DNA of 64,000 bases from Gammaproteobacteria bacterium (GTDB taxonomy: Bacteria > Pseudomonadota > Gammaproteobacteria > Eutrophobiales > Eutrophobiaceae). The translations under genes and the position numbers were made by a program. Where the stretch lies: positions 64,001 through 128,000 of the forward strand of contig OZ244905.1 in the NCBI GenBank assembly GCA_965221695.1. Reading direction: 5' to 3'. Within the stretch, counting starts at the first letter, position 1; each line of letters starts with the position of its first letter. Below the pieces are notes generated by a model that did no database searches, was not told where the DNA came from, and saw only the letters and a list, made by a program, of their open reading frames with translations. Below are positions 47,000 to 56,224 of the stretch, in pieces.

Positions 47000-48469
47000 A
47001 TGCGTGGTAAAAAACAACAGTTGAGACGCCTGCCATCCGTGGATCGCGTGCTGCGGGAAGCGTCTGATTTGGTCGAGCGTTGGGGACATGAGCGGGTGGC
47101 TGCTGCGATACGCAATACGCTAGAGCAGGTGCGCGCAAACATGGAAGAATTCGCTGCTCTCGACAAGTCAGCGCTATTGGAGCAAGTCGTTTCCATACTG
47201 GCGTGCAGGCTGGAACAGGAGTCCGCGGGCAGCCTGGTCAGTGTGTTCAACCTGACCGGCACCGTCCTGCATACCAACCTGGGCCGCGCGGTACTGCCGC
47301 GCGCGGCGCTGGACAACGCGCTGGCCTTAGCCCAGACACCGGTAAACCTGGAATTTGACCTGGAGAGCGGCACGCGCGGAGATCGCGATGAGCATATCGA
47401 ACCACTGATCTGCGAACTCTGCGGAGTGGAAGCGGCAACCGTGGTGAACAACAATGCCGCCGCAGTATTACTGGTATTGAATACTTTGGCAAAAGGCCGG
47501 GAGGTTCCGGTCTCACGCGGCGAACTGGTCGAGATTGGCGGTTCTTTTCGCATCCCGGATATCATGCAGAGTTCAGGCTGTGCGCTGGTTGAGGTCGGTA
47601 CGACCAACCGTACCCATTTGCAGGACTACCACAATGCGATCAATGACAGGACGGCGTTGTTGTTAAAAGTTCATGCCAGTAACTATCAGATCCGCGGGTT
47701 TACCCATAGTGTTCCCGAGAAAGAGTTGGCTCAACTGGCCCACCAGCGCGGGTTGCCGCTGGTTGTCGACCTGGGTAGCGGTAATCTGATCGACTTTGCC
47801 GCATTCAACCTGCCTGATGAGCCTACGGTCGCGCAAGCGCTGAAGAGTGGCGCCGATATTGTAACCTTCAGTGGAGACAAGCTGTTGGGCGGTCCCCAAT
47901 GCGGCATAATCGCCGGCGAACACACATTGATTGCCAGGATGAAGAACAACCCGCTGAAACGCGCGTTACGGGTTGACAAGATAACCCTGGCTGTCCTGTC
48001 AGAGGTGTTGAGACTCTATCAAAACCCCGCGCGGCTTGCACAAGATCTGCCGGCTCTGGCCGCGCTGACACGTCCACCGGATGCTATCCGTGCCCAGGCT
48101 GAGCGGATTGCCCCTGCGCTCGCGGTCGCGCTGGCGCCGCATTATCAAGTCGCGGTCTGCGAATGTCACAGCCAGGTCGGCAGCGGCGCGCTGCCGATTG
48201 ATACACTGGCAAGTTACGGGTTAAGGATCAGCGCGGTGGAAGAGTCGGATGAAGCAATCAGACTGCTGGCGGCATCCATGCGCCGGCTGCCGACACCGGT
48301 CATAGGTCGGATTAACCAAGGCGCTTATTTCCTGGATCTGCGCTGCCTGGATCGGGAGGAAGATTTTATTTCCCAGTTACGGAGTACTGGCCTCGCGGAT
48401 CATTTTCCGGAACATGCGCACGCCGATGATCTTGAGCATCAGCTTTTGGAAAAGGGACGGGGGCGTTGA
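47000..48469 (+). CDS. selA: L-seryl-tRNA(Sec) selenium transferase
   Basis: RRLPSVD, NLTGTVLHTNLGRA, VNNNAAA, SRGELVEIGGSFRIP, FSGDKLLGGPQ (PLP lysine). Confidence 0.96.
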   Translation: MRGKKQQLRRLPSVDRVLREASDLVERWGHERVAAAIRNTLEQVRANMEEFAALDKSALLEQVVSILACRLEQESAGSLVSVFNLTGTVLHTNLGRAVLPRAALDNALALAQTPVNLEFDLESGTRGDRDEHIEPLICELCGVEAATVVNNNAAAVLLVLNTLAKGREVPVSRGELVEIGGSFRIPDIMQSSGCALVEVGTTNRTHLQDYHNAINDRTALLLKVHASNYQIRGFTHSVPEKELAQLAHQRGLPLVVDLGSGNLIDFAAFNLPDEPTVAQALKSGADIVTFSGDKLLGGPQCGIIAGEHTLIARMKNNPLKRALRVDKITLAVLSEVLRLYQNPARLAQDLPALAALTRPPDAIRAQAERIAPALAVALAPHYQVAVCECHSQVGSGALPIDTLASYGLRISAVEESDEAIRLLAASMRRLPTPVIGRINQGAYFLDLRCLDREEDFISQLRSTGLADHFPEHAHADDLEHQLLEKGRGR

Positions 48470-49576
48470 GTTGGCTGCGGAGACATATCGGTTGATGCCG
48501 AGTTGCTCGCACAGGTCTTCGGACATGACCTGCAGCGGCCCATCCGACGGGATGCCGGTCGCATCGGCGATGCGCACCATGCGCTGAAAGTTCGATACCA
48601 CCCCCGCTGCGTCGATCATCGCCGCCGAACCCATCTTATCCGACAAGGCCTGGCGCGCGCGGTCCAGCTCAAAGCCGTCGACGCCCATGCAGGCATTCGT
48701 GAACTGCAGCAGTTCTTGGGAATCCGGTATACCCTTGATCTCGGTGCAGGCGGGATCAGTCAGGCCATCGAAGTCGATAGACCCGCCTGTCAGCTTGACG
48801 CTCTCACGGAGCATCACCACATGTGAGGAAGTTCAGTAAAAACAGCCGTTCAGCGCGGATACCCGGGCGGCCACAATCTCGGTCTGGGGACGGGTCAGGG
48901 TTCCCTGCGGCGGCCGGGTCATATTCCAGACCTCATGCACATCCAGGTAATGCGCGTCGGACTGGTCAAGCAGGTTGCGGACTTCGTCAGGAACCAGGCT
49001 CATGGCTCGGATCACGTAACCGCGCATGTCGCCTTCCCACAGGTCCGCATCCGGCCCGCTATCGACCCGCGTCGGCAGTATCGGCACCCAGGCGCCGTCG
49101 TAGGATACATTGGCCGGACGGTAGCGGCTGGGTTCGCCCGGTTGCGGTTCCGGCAGTTCATTCAAAGGCAGGCCCAGGCAACGGCAGAACTCGTCTATGG
49201 AGAACACCGAGACCAGGGTACCGATGATCTCAATATATTTTTCTTCACTGAGACCCTGTTGCATGATCCCGTCGAACCAGGATTTCGTCAGACGCGCCGA
49301 GTCGGTGGTGACCCGGTGGATCACTTCGATCACGACATCCGGAAGATCGGTGACCGTGTCATGGGCGCCGTCAACTGTGTAAGGCGACAACGATTCCTTG
49401 CGCCGGCTGCACAGTTTGCACTGAGGCGCCTGGCGTATTTCCGTGGCAATGTCAACACGCTCAGCGCCGGTGAACCAGGTTCCCGGCGCGGCAAGCCGTT
49501 GCCAGTAGCGGTTATGGCAAGCGGCAAAGTCTGCGCGTACCGGCCAGGGGGCGTTGCTGTAGTCGATCATACTCAT
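48377..49576 (-). CDS. AhpD/CMD-like alkylhydroperoxidase-related selenoprotein (399 aa, Sec at codon 248)
   Basis: Two in-frame ORFs separated only by TGA (48833-48835) within EIVAARVSALNGCFY-U-TSSH, matching the AhpD CxxC..H motif; SECIS-like hairpin downstream; adjacent to selA. Confidence 0.85.
48796..48816 (-). promoter_or_regulatory. Candidate bacterial SECIS element
   Basis: mRNA UGAUGCUC-C-GUGA-GAGCGUCA: 8-bp stem with G-initiated apical loop 25 nt after the UGA. Confidence 0.7.
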
Positions 49577-49626
49577 GGATCGGGAGTTTGCATCAACCTG
49601 CAGTGAATATCAATGCCGGGCGAGCA

Positions 49627-52011
49627 TCACTGCCCGTATGACCAGGTGAGCTGGGCGCCGATGGTGCGGGGCTGAACAGTATACTGCCTGATCGTGTCCG
49701 GTCCCGCAGAGCTGTCTATATCGATAATCGCACGCTTATCGGTTACGTTGTTTACGAAGATACGCAACCCCAGGTTGTCATGGCGGAAGTCGGCGCTGAG
49801 GTTTAACAGGAAATAATCGCCGATATCGATAAAACCGGGGAAGTTCTCATTGAAGAAAGTATCCGATTCTCCGACGTAAGAAAAATTGCCGCGCAGTGAC
49901 GCTTCGACATTGTTCAACATAGTGACCGGAAAGGTATACTCCATCATGCCGGAAAACGCCCATTCAGGCACTTTCGGTACGTTATCGCCGTCTCTTCCCA
50001 GAGGCGGGTTAAAGCCCGGCGCGGACAACCCGGGATCGATAGCCTGATCTTTGGTCAACTCTGCGTCGAGCCAGGCGGCGCCCAGATGCAGCGCAAATTG
50101 CTCTGTCGGCCGGGCGGACAATTCTACTTCCACCCCGTCAACTTCGGCCTCTGCTGCGTTCGAGATATACTCCACCGCGCCGGTAGGTTCGACTCCGGGG
50201 ACCTGTATATCATCCCAGAACATTTTGAAGTAGGTTGCATTCAGGATCACCCGATCATCGTGCCAGGCGGTTTTGGCGCCGAATTCAACACTAAGGACCT
50301 CATCGGACGTAAATGAGGAGGGAATGACGATCCCGAAGGCCGATGCGGTCGATGCATCGTTGATGCCGCCCTGCCTGAAACCGGTTGCCCCGCGCACATA
50401 GTACATCTGGTTGTCGTTCGGGGAGAATGACAGACTCGCATCCCAGGTGATCTCATCTTCTTTGGAGGTGTCATCAACAGAGACTATAGGCGTAGTCTGG
50501 ATCGGACCGCCGAACAGAGGCGGGATGGTAAACGCAACACTGCCCTGGAATGCCTGCAAGGTCTGTTCCAGGTTATCCTGTTTTGAATCGAAATAGCGCA
50601 CTCCGCCACCCAGACTGAATTGTTCAGTGATGTCAACATCAACATGGCCGAATAGCGCGAAGAATTCAAAATCGATATCCTGGCTGCGAGCGAACGCCAG
50701 GGAAGCGGCGGCTAATTCCGGATCAGTGATACATTCATCCCGGCTGAAGCAGACAGGAATGCCGGTAGCGATGTCTCCGGCCAGGATGTCCAACTCGGAG
50801 TAGGTCTCATCATCTTCATAGAAAAAACCGCCGACGAAATTGACAGGACCATCCAGATCGGAACTGAAGCGTATCTCTGCGTTGAGCACATCACGGTTTT
50901 GGAACTGGTGAATGCCGTAAGAGCCGAGCGGCGGGCCGAAAGCCGGGGGGAAACCGAATGACATGGCAGTGGGCGAAGTATCCTCGAGAAACTCAACATC
51001 ACGCTCAAATTTGGATACGGAAGCGAGAATCGATCCAAAACCCAGGTCGTAATCGATGGTCAGGCCATACATGTCTATATCATCGCCGTAAGGCTCTTGG
51101 TGGGCATTTGAAGTTTTTAGCTCGCCGTAACGACCGTCGAACGCAGGGATAAAATAGGGGAACGGCACGACGATGACCTGGGTCGGAGTGAGCAGACCAC
51201 TGGCTACCGGCGCATAGTGCTGGACGCCGTCAACATTCGTTTCCTGCATCTGGTAAAACGCGTCGATGGTCAGGTCTTCGTTCGGCGTCCAGCGCCCCAT
51301 GATACGGCCGCCGGTGATTTCTGAATCATTCACATTCTTTAGCTCCGTAACCCCGTTCAACCCGGCATACTGGTCTATGTAACCGCCTTGTTCCTTTTGC
51401 CAGCCCACCAGGCGCAAGGCCAGGGTGTCAGCTACCAGCGGCACATTGATGGCGGTGTTCACCGAGTAACCCTCGTCGCCATGTTCAACAGTTTCAATCC
51501 CTGCAGAGACAGACATTTCGAACCCGGAAGCATCCGGTTTGTTGGTGATAATCCTTACCACGCCGCTCATGGAACTGGCGCCGAACAAGGCGCCTTGGGG
51601 TCCTTTTAACACCTCAATGCGGGCAATATCATAGGCGCCTATATCGGGAGTGCGACCACCGCCGTCCTGGAAATTACCGCCGGTAATAGGCGATTCATCA
51701 AAATAGACGCCAACAGTGCTGTCGCCTGGCGAAGAAATACCCCGAATAATTAACTGGGTATCGCCGGCGCCCTGAGTGGCGTACTGCAGTGAAGGCTCCA
51801 GTCGAGAGAAATCCTCCAGCGAACGCAGGTTATGTTTTTCAATAGTGTCCCCACCGATGGCGCTGATTCCTCCAGCTATGTCTTGCGCCGATACTTCCCC
51901 CCGCTTGGTTGCGGTTACGATGATTTCCTCGATGGTCGTCTGGGCTGATATATCAGACAGATAGAGCGCACACAGAACCGCGCTGGCGAGATATTTGTTG
52001 ATGTTTTTCAT
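49627..52011 (-). CDS. TonB-dependent receptor
   Basis: IEEIIVTATKR, EVLKGPQGALFGASSMSG, barrel C-terminus. Confidence 0.95.
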   Translation of the reverse strand: MKNINKYLASAVLCALYLSDISAQTTIEEIIVTATKRGEVSAQDIAGGISAIGGDTIEKHNLRSLEDFSRLEPSLQYATQGAGDTQLIIRGISSPGDSTVGVYFDESPITGGNFQDGGGRTPDIGAYDIARIEVLKGPQGALFGASSMSGVVRIITNKPDASGFEMSVSAGIETVEHGDEGYSVNTAINVPLVADTLALRLVGWQKEQGGYIDQYAGLNGVTELKNVNDSEITGGRIMGRWTPNEDLTIDAFYQMQETNVDGVQHYAPVASGLLTPTQVIVVPFPYFIPAFDGRYGELKTSNAHQEPYGDDIDMYGLTIDYDLGFGSILASVSKFERDVEFLEDTSPTAMSFGFPPAFGPPLGSYGIHQFQNRDVLNAEIRFSSDLDGPVNFVGGFFYEDDETYSELDILAGDIATGIPVCFSRDECITDPELAAASLAFARSQDIDFEFFALFGHVDVDITEQFSLGGGVRYFDSKQDNLEQTLQAFQGSVAFTIPPLFGGPIQTTPIVSVDDTSKEDEITWDASLSFSPNDNQMYYVRGATGFRQGGINDASTASAFGIVIPSSFTSDEVLSVEFGAKTAWHDDRVILNATYFKMFWDDIQVPGVEPTGAVEYISNAAEAEVDGVEVELSARPTEQFALHLGAAWLDAELTKDQAIDPGLSAPGFNPPLGRDGDNVPKVPEWAFSGMMEYTFPVTMLNNVEASLRGNFSYVGESDTFFNENFPGFIDIGDYFLLNLSADFRHDNLGLRIFVNNVTDKRAIIDIDSSAGPDTIRQYTVQPRTIGAQLTWSYGQ

Positions 52012-52115
52012 ATCGTCCCCCGTATGTTAATACTGCGATATACAAAAACTGGCATTAATCAGTGTAGAATAACTCACTATAGAAATTATACATAAAATTA
52101 TCAATAATTAATTAA

Positions 52116-52144
52116 GGAATCTCTGACTTAATCTCAGAGGTTCC
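52116..52144. repeat. 29-bp TIR-only mini element
   Basis: TTAA-GGAATCTCTGACTTAATCTCAGAGGTTCC-TTAA. Confidence 0.8.
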
Positions 52145-52203
52145 TTAACAAGACTGACGCTGATATTGATAGCCATCCATAGCGCTGCGCGAGGAGACAT
52201 AAA

Positions 52204-53805
52204 ATGAATCTCGACAAACCCGGGACGACAACCATCGACGAGCTGCAGGACAGCCATAATCCGCAAATGACGCCTGCAGATCTGCGCGAGTTTATCGATC
52301 TGCTGCAGGAAGAAGATGAAATTATTGTTGTAAAAGAAGCCGTTAATCCACGTGATTTTGAGTTGTCCGCGATTGTGCAACATAGCGAGAACGGGCCGAA
52401 CAAAGCGGTATTATTTGAACATGTCAAGGGTTTTGACATGCCGGTGGTGGCGAACCTGTACGGAACGATTCACAGGACCGCGATGGCTCTGGGAATCACC
52501 CCCACTGATGAGCAGATCAGAAGATACTATGACGATCCCCGCGGCAGTCCCGGGGCGTTGGCCGGCATGTCGGGCCGCAAAATGAATGGGTTTTCAATGG
52601 AGCCGCGTTCACGCGCGGAACTTATCCTGATAAAAGAACTGTTGATGGATGCCGACCGGCGCGCCTACAACAAGGAAATGCCCTATGTCATGACCTCTTC
52701 GGCTTCCTGTCAGGAGGTGGTAATCAAGAAGAATATCGATGTGTTGGGATTGTTGCCGGTAGTCTGGCACCTTAAACAGGATGCCGGCCCCTACATCACA
52801 CCTGGCGGATTGGTGCAAAAAGATCCCGACAACGGTCTGCTGAATATTGGCGTGCGGCGGCACATGGTCAGTCATGAGCGCTATGCGCCAAATCAGATCG
52901 GCGTCCAAATCGGCACGCAGACGCCAGGCGGCAAGATCATCCAGAAATATCATGACCGTGGCGAGCCCTGCCCGATGGCGATCTGCCTGGGACCGGATCC
53001 AGCCACCCAGATTTTATCGACTTATTCATCGCCCCACTATTGGATGGAGCCTCCGTATAGTGAGTTCGACATGACCGGGGTCATTCGCAATAAACCGTTG
53101 GAACTGGTGAAGTGCAAGACCATCGACCTGGAAGTACCTGCCAATACGGAAATCGTGATCGAAGGTTTGTCACCACCGCCGCCGGATAACAAGATTGATG
53201 AAGGTCCCATGATGGAGTTTACCGATTATTCGGGCACAGTGGTCGAGGCAATTCCTTATATGGAGGTTACTGCTATCACTCACAGGAACAACCCCATATT
53301 TCATACCTGTATGTCCGGTAATTCCGAAGAACACCGGGTGGGTTGCATCTGGTCTTTCTTCGGCTATGAACAGATGGGGTTGGAATTGATCAAGAAGCAG
53401 TTTCCCCATGTCGTGGATATCGGTATTTTTGCCGGTTCCCACGGTTTTCACGCGGTCGTTTCAATGAAGAAGACCTACGAGGGCGAGGATCGGCAAGTGC
53501 TCCAGTATCTGCTGGCTACCCAGTACTTCAAGTTTGTTACCGTAGTGGACGATGATATCGATCCCCATAACAGCGAACAGGTGGAATGGGCAAAAGCCAC
53601 CCGCGCCGGACGCCGGCCCGAGGATTACATCATCTCACCGCAGATGCCCACCTGGGAGATGGACCCGGAGATCGACCAGCACTGGCGGGTCACCAAGCTG
53701 GGAATCCTGGCCACCCGCGACATTAATGAGAACTATACTCAACCGGCGCCGGACTTGGCAATGATGGAAAAAATGCGCGCGGTATTTGAAAAGTATGTGG
53801 CTTAG
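52204..53805 (+). CDS. UbiD family (prFMN-dependent) decarboxylase
   Basis: DLREFIDLL, AVLFE, DAGPYIT, NIGVRR, LEVPANTEIVIEG, EGPMMEFTDY, VVDDDID. Confidence 0.9.
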   Translation: MNLDKPGTTTIDELQDSHNPQMTPADLREFIDLLQEEDEIIVVKEAVNPRDFELSAIVQHSENGPNKAVLFEHVKGFDMPVVANLYGTIHRTAMALGITPTDEQIRRYYDDPRGSPGALAGMSGRKMNGFSMEPRSRAELILIKELLMDADRRAYNKEMPYVMTSSASCQEVVIKKNIDVLGLLPVVWHLKQDAGPYITPGGLVQKDPDNGLLNIGVRRHMVSHERYAPNQIGVQIGTQTPGGKIIQKYHDRGEPCPMAICLGPDPATQILSTYSSPHYWMEPPYSEFDMTGVIRNKPLELVKCKTIDLEVPANTEIVIEGLSPPPPDNKIDEGPMMEFTDYSGTVVEAIPYMEVTAITHRNNPIFHTCMSGNSEEHRVGCIWSFFGYEQMGLELIKKQFPHVVDIGIFAGSHGFHAVVSMKKTYEGEDRQVLQYLLATQYFKFVTVVDDDIDPHNSEQVEWAKATRAGRRPEDYIISPQMPTWEMDPEIDQHWRVTKLGILATRDINENYTQPAPDLAMMEKMRAVFEKYVA

Positions 53806-53827
53806 TGGCGCGTAATGCGCGCCCCGG

Positions 53828-55174
53828 TCAGAAATCAGGGATCTTGTCGACACCCGGCACTATCGCCACCTGTTCAAAGTCTTCGCCGAAAGGCCGGGTG
53901 GCATCGATGCCCATGACGGAATAGCTGCCGTCGTCTGGCGCTGAAGGATCGAGTTGCCAGAGGGTCATACGCGGCAGGATCATTACGTCTTTCTGCGCTT
54001 GCGCCCGGGTACAGATCGCCCACATAACCTTGTCCATGTCATGGATATCGATATCTTCGTCCACAACCACGGCAAGTTTGCTGCCTTGGGATCCCAGCAG
54101 GGTTGCCAGGACTTGCCTGGCCTCGTTCCTGGCATATTGTTTCATCGCGACGATGCACATCAGCCCGACCCCCCCGGCGCCGTGAAAATGCGTCCGTTTG
54201 ACACCGGCAAACTTGCGTTTTAGCATGGCGTAGCAGGAGGCTTCCATCGGGATCATTTTCAATACGTGGTTGTCGGTTACCGGCACGCCGCTCATTCCGG
54301 CAAGCAGGATAGGATCGTGGCGGTGGGTGATCGCGCTAACCTCCAGAACGGGTTTGGGCGACCCTTGAGTGTAGTAGCCGGTGTATTCTCCAAACGGGCC
54401 TTCATGTTCCCGGATACCAGGCAGCATGCTGCCCTCAATAATAATTTCCGCGCTAGCGGGCACTTCCAGGTCTACGGTCTGACATTTGACCACCTCCAGC
54501 GGTTCGTCCAGCAATGCGCCGGCCAGGGTCAGCTCGTCAACGCCATAGCCCGCTTCCCACTGGGTCGCAATCAAGGCGCTGGGAGCAACTCCCAGAGCAA
54601 TAGCGAGTTCCAGCGGTTCATCCAGCGCTTCCGCTTTCCGGTAATGTACTCCCAGGTGATGAGGCGGTGGCGACAGCACGCCCAGGCGTCGTTTGTCCAG
54701 CACCTGGTGGCGGTATATGGAGGCATTTTTGCCGCCATCTTCGGGATCTTTGCTGATAGCGACACCCAAGGTGATGAACGGGCCGCCGTCCAGTTCACAA
54801 TAGGTTGGGACGGGAAAAGCGGTTAAATCCGCCTCGTCTCCCAGGTGTATCACCTCGTTGCAGGGTCCTTGTTCGATTAGCCGATGTTCCTTCAGGTTGT
54901 CGATGGCATCGAGATATTTGTTATTGGCCTCCAGTTCGGTCGTCTCCAGCGCCTCCAGCATCAAGCGCCGGTTTGCGAACAGTCCGCCCGCAACCCGCAT
55001 CTTATGACCTTTAATGTTCTCGAATAACAGGGCTGGTCCTTCATCGCCCATATCCGAGGCTTTGCGCAAGTAGGCTGCCAACTCATATTCCAGCGCCACC
55101 TCATTGCTGATCCGAACCAGTTTGCCGCTTGCTTCCAGATGCTCAAGGAAGCCGCGCAGGTCTTTGAAGGCCAT
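53828..55174 (-). CDS. UbiD family decarboxylase
   Basis: DLRGFL, DGGPFIT, NASIYR, EVPASAEIIIEG, EGPFGEYTGY, VVDEDID, GIDAT. Confidence 0.93.
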   Translation of the reverse strand: MAFKDLRGFLEHLEASGKLVRISNEVALEYELAAYLRKASDMGDEGPALLFENIKGHKMRVAGGLFANRRLMLEALETTELEANNKYLDAIDNLKEHRLIEQGPCNEVIHLGDEADLTAFPVPTYCELDGGPFITLGVAISKDPEDGGKNASIYRHQVLDKRRLGVLSPPPHHLGVHYRKAEALDEPLELAIALGVAPSALIATQWEAGYGVDELTLAGALLDEPLEVVKCQTVDLEVPASAEIIIEGSMLPGIREHEGPFGEYTGYYTQGSPKPVLEVSAITHRHDPILLAGMSGVPVTDNHVLKMIPMEASCYAMLKRKFAGVKRTHFHGAGGVGLMCIVAMKQYARNEARQVLATLLGSQGSKLAVVVDEDIDIHDMDKVMWAICTRAQAQKDVMILPRMTLWQLDPSAPDDGSYSVMGIDATRPFGEDFEQVAIVPGVDKIPDF

Positions 55175-55189
55175 TATTCTTCCTCTTAG

Positions 55190-55993
55190 TCAGGCCTGCG
55201 GGACATCTTCCACCTGTACCCGAAAACCGGAACGAACATGGGGAAAATAATCCCAGACCGCAAGGTGCTGGGTGCAGCGGTTATCCCAGAAGGCCACGGA
55301 ATGGGGTTCCCAGCGGAACCGGACATGGAAGTAGGGATCTTCGATCTGTTGGAACAGAAATTCAAGTATATGCCGGCCCTCGCGCTCGTCCAGTTCGTTG
55401 ATATGGCTGGTGAAACCGCGGTTGACATAAATGACTTTACGTCCGGATACGGGATGCGCGCGGATTAGCGGGTGCACCGCTTTAGGGTATTTGCCATGGG
55501 GATCAAACCGGCCAAAAGCAATCATGCCGTCATGAGTGGCGGTCAAGCCCTCCAGATAGCTCTTCATCCCGTCGGACAGGGCGTCGTAGGCCGCGTACAT
55601 GCTGGAAAAAACTGTATCGCCGCCCATGGGGGGCAGTGTGTGCAGGTAAAGAATGCTGCCCATGGGCGGAACCTCGGCGCAGGACATATCGGTATGCCAT
55701 TCTTCGCCGGATACATGTTTTGAATTTTCATCCGCATGCAGCTTGCGCACTTCCGGATGATCCGGTAATCCTTTCAAGGCATGTTTCTGCAATGGACCGA
55801 AATACAGTCCGACCCGCTTCAACGAAGCCGGGTCCAGGGCCTGGTCGCGGAAGAAAATCACCAGGTGCGCGGTCAGCGCCTTGTGCAGATCTTCCAATTG
55901 CGCGTCATTCAGCGGTTGCCCCAGGTTGATGCCAGATACGACCGCCCCGATCCGGGGAGTCAATGGCGCCACTTGAATCGTTTGGTATGTCAT
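55190..55993 (-). CDS. TauD/TfdA family 2OG-Fe(II) dioxygenase
   Basis: FFRDQ, WHTD, GGDT.F, HPLIR.HP, WDNRCTQH. Confidence 0.93.
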   Translation of the reverse strand: MTYQTIQVAPLTPRIGAVVSGINLGQPLNDAQLEDLHKALTAHLVIFFRDQALDPASLKRVGLYFGPLQKHALKGLPDHPEVRKLHADENSKHVSGEEWHTDMSCAEVPPMGSILYLHTLPPMGGDTVFSSMYAAYDALSDGMKSYLEGLTATHDGMIAFGRFDPHGKYPKAVHPLIRAHPVSGRKVIYVNRGFTSHINELDEREGRHILEFLFQQIEDPYFHVRFRWEPHSVAFWDNRCTQHLAVWDYFPHVRSGFRVQVEDVPQA

Positions 55994-56028
55994 GCTTGCA
56001 TCCCCTTGAATTCCGGTATAATCGTTAA

Positions 56029-56179
56029 GGAACCTCTGATTAAGTCAGAGGTTCCTACGATACAAGGATGTATCGGCAATATCAATGACTGTAAGGCATT
56101 GATATTGTGAGGAAAACAAAAATCGCATTTTTGTTTTCCGTACTCTGACAAGTCCAGGATGGACTTGTTCAGAGTTTCC
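56029..56179 (+). mobile_element. 151-bp MITE
   Basis: TTAA-GGAACCTCTGA...TCAGAGTTTCC-TTAA; near-identical to 29913-30063. Confidence 0.9.
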
Positions 56180-56224
56180 TTAATAATATCATAAATAATT
56201 TAAGGGGAAGGGCAGTCCTGGGAT

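Noticed and set aside
55172-55192. In-frame TGA joining TauD and UbiD
   Set aside because: The spacer contains a strong RBS (AAGAGGA) before the UbiD ATG; these are two normal genes
23191-56179. Dispersed repeats as a CRISPR array or integron attC sites
   Set aside because: Copies are kilobases apart with no spacer periodicity, no cas or intI gene and no RYYYAAC/GTTRRRY ends; inverted ends plus 4-bp duplications fit a MITE
11945-56179. Apparent sense-strand bias of MITE copies relative to neighbouring genes
   Set aside because: All copies lie between divergent or convergent pairs, so either orientation is sense to one neighbour
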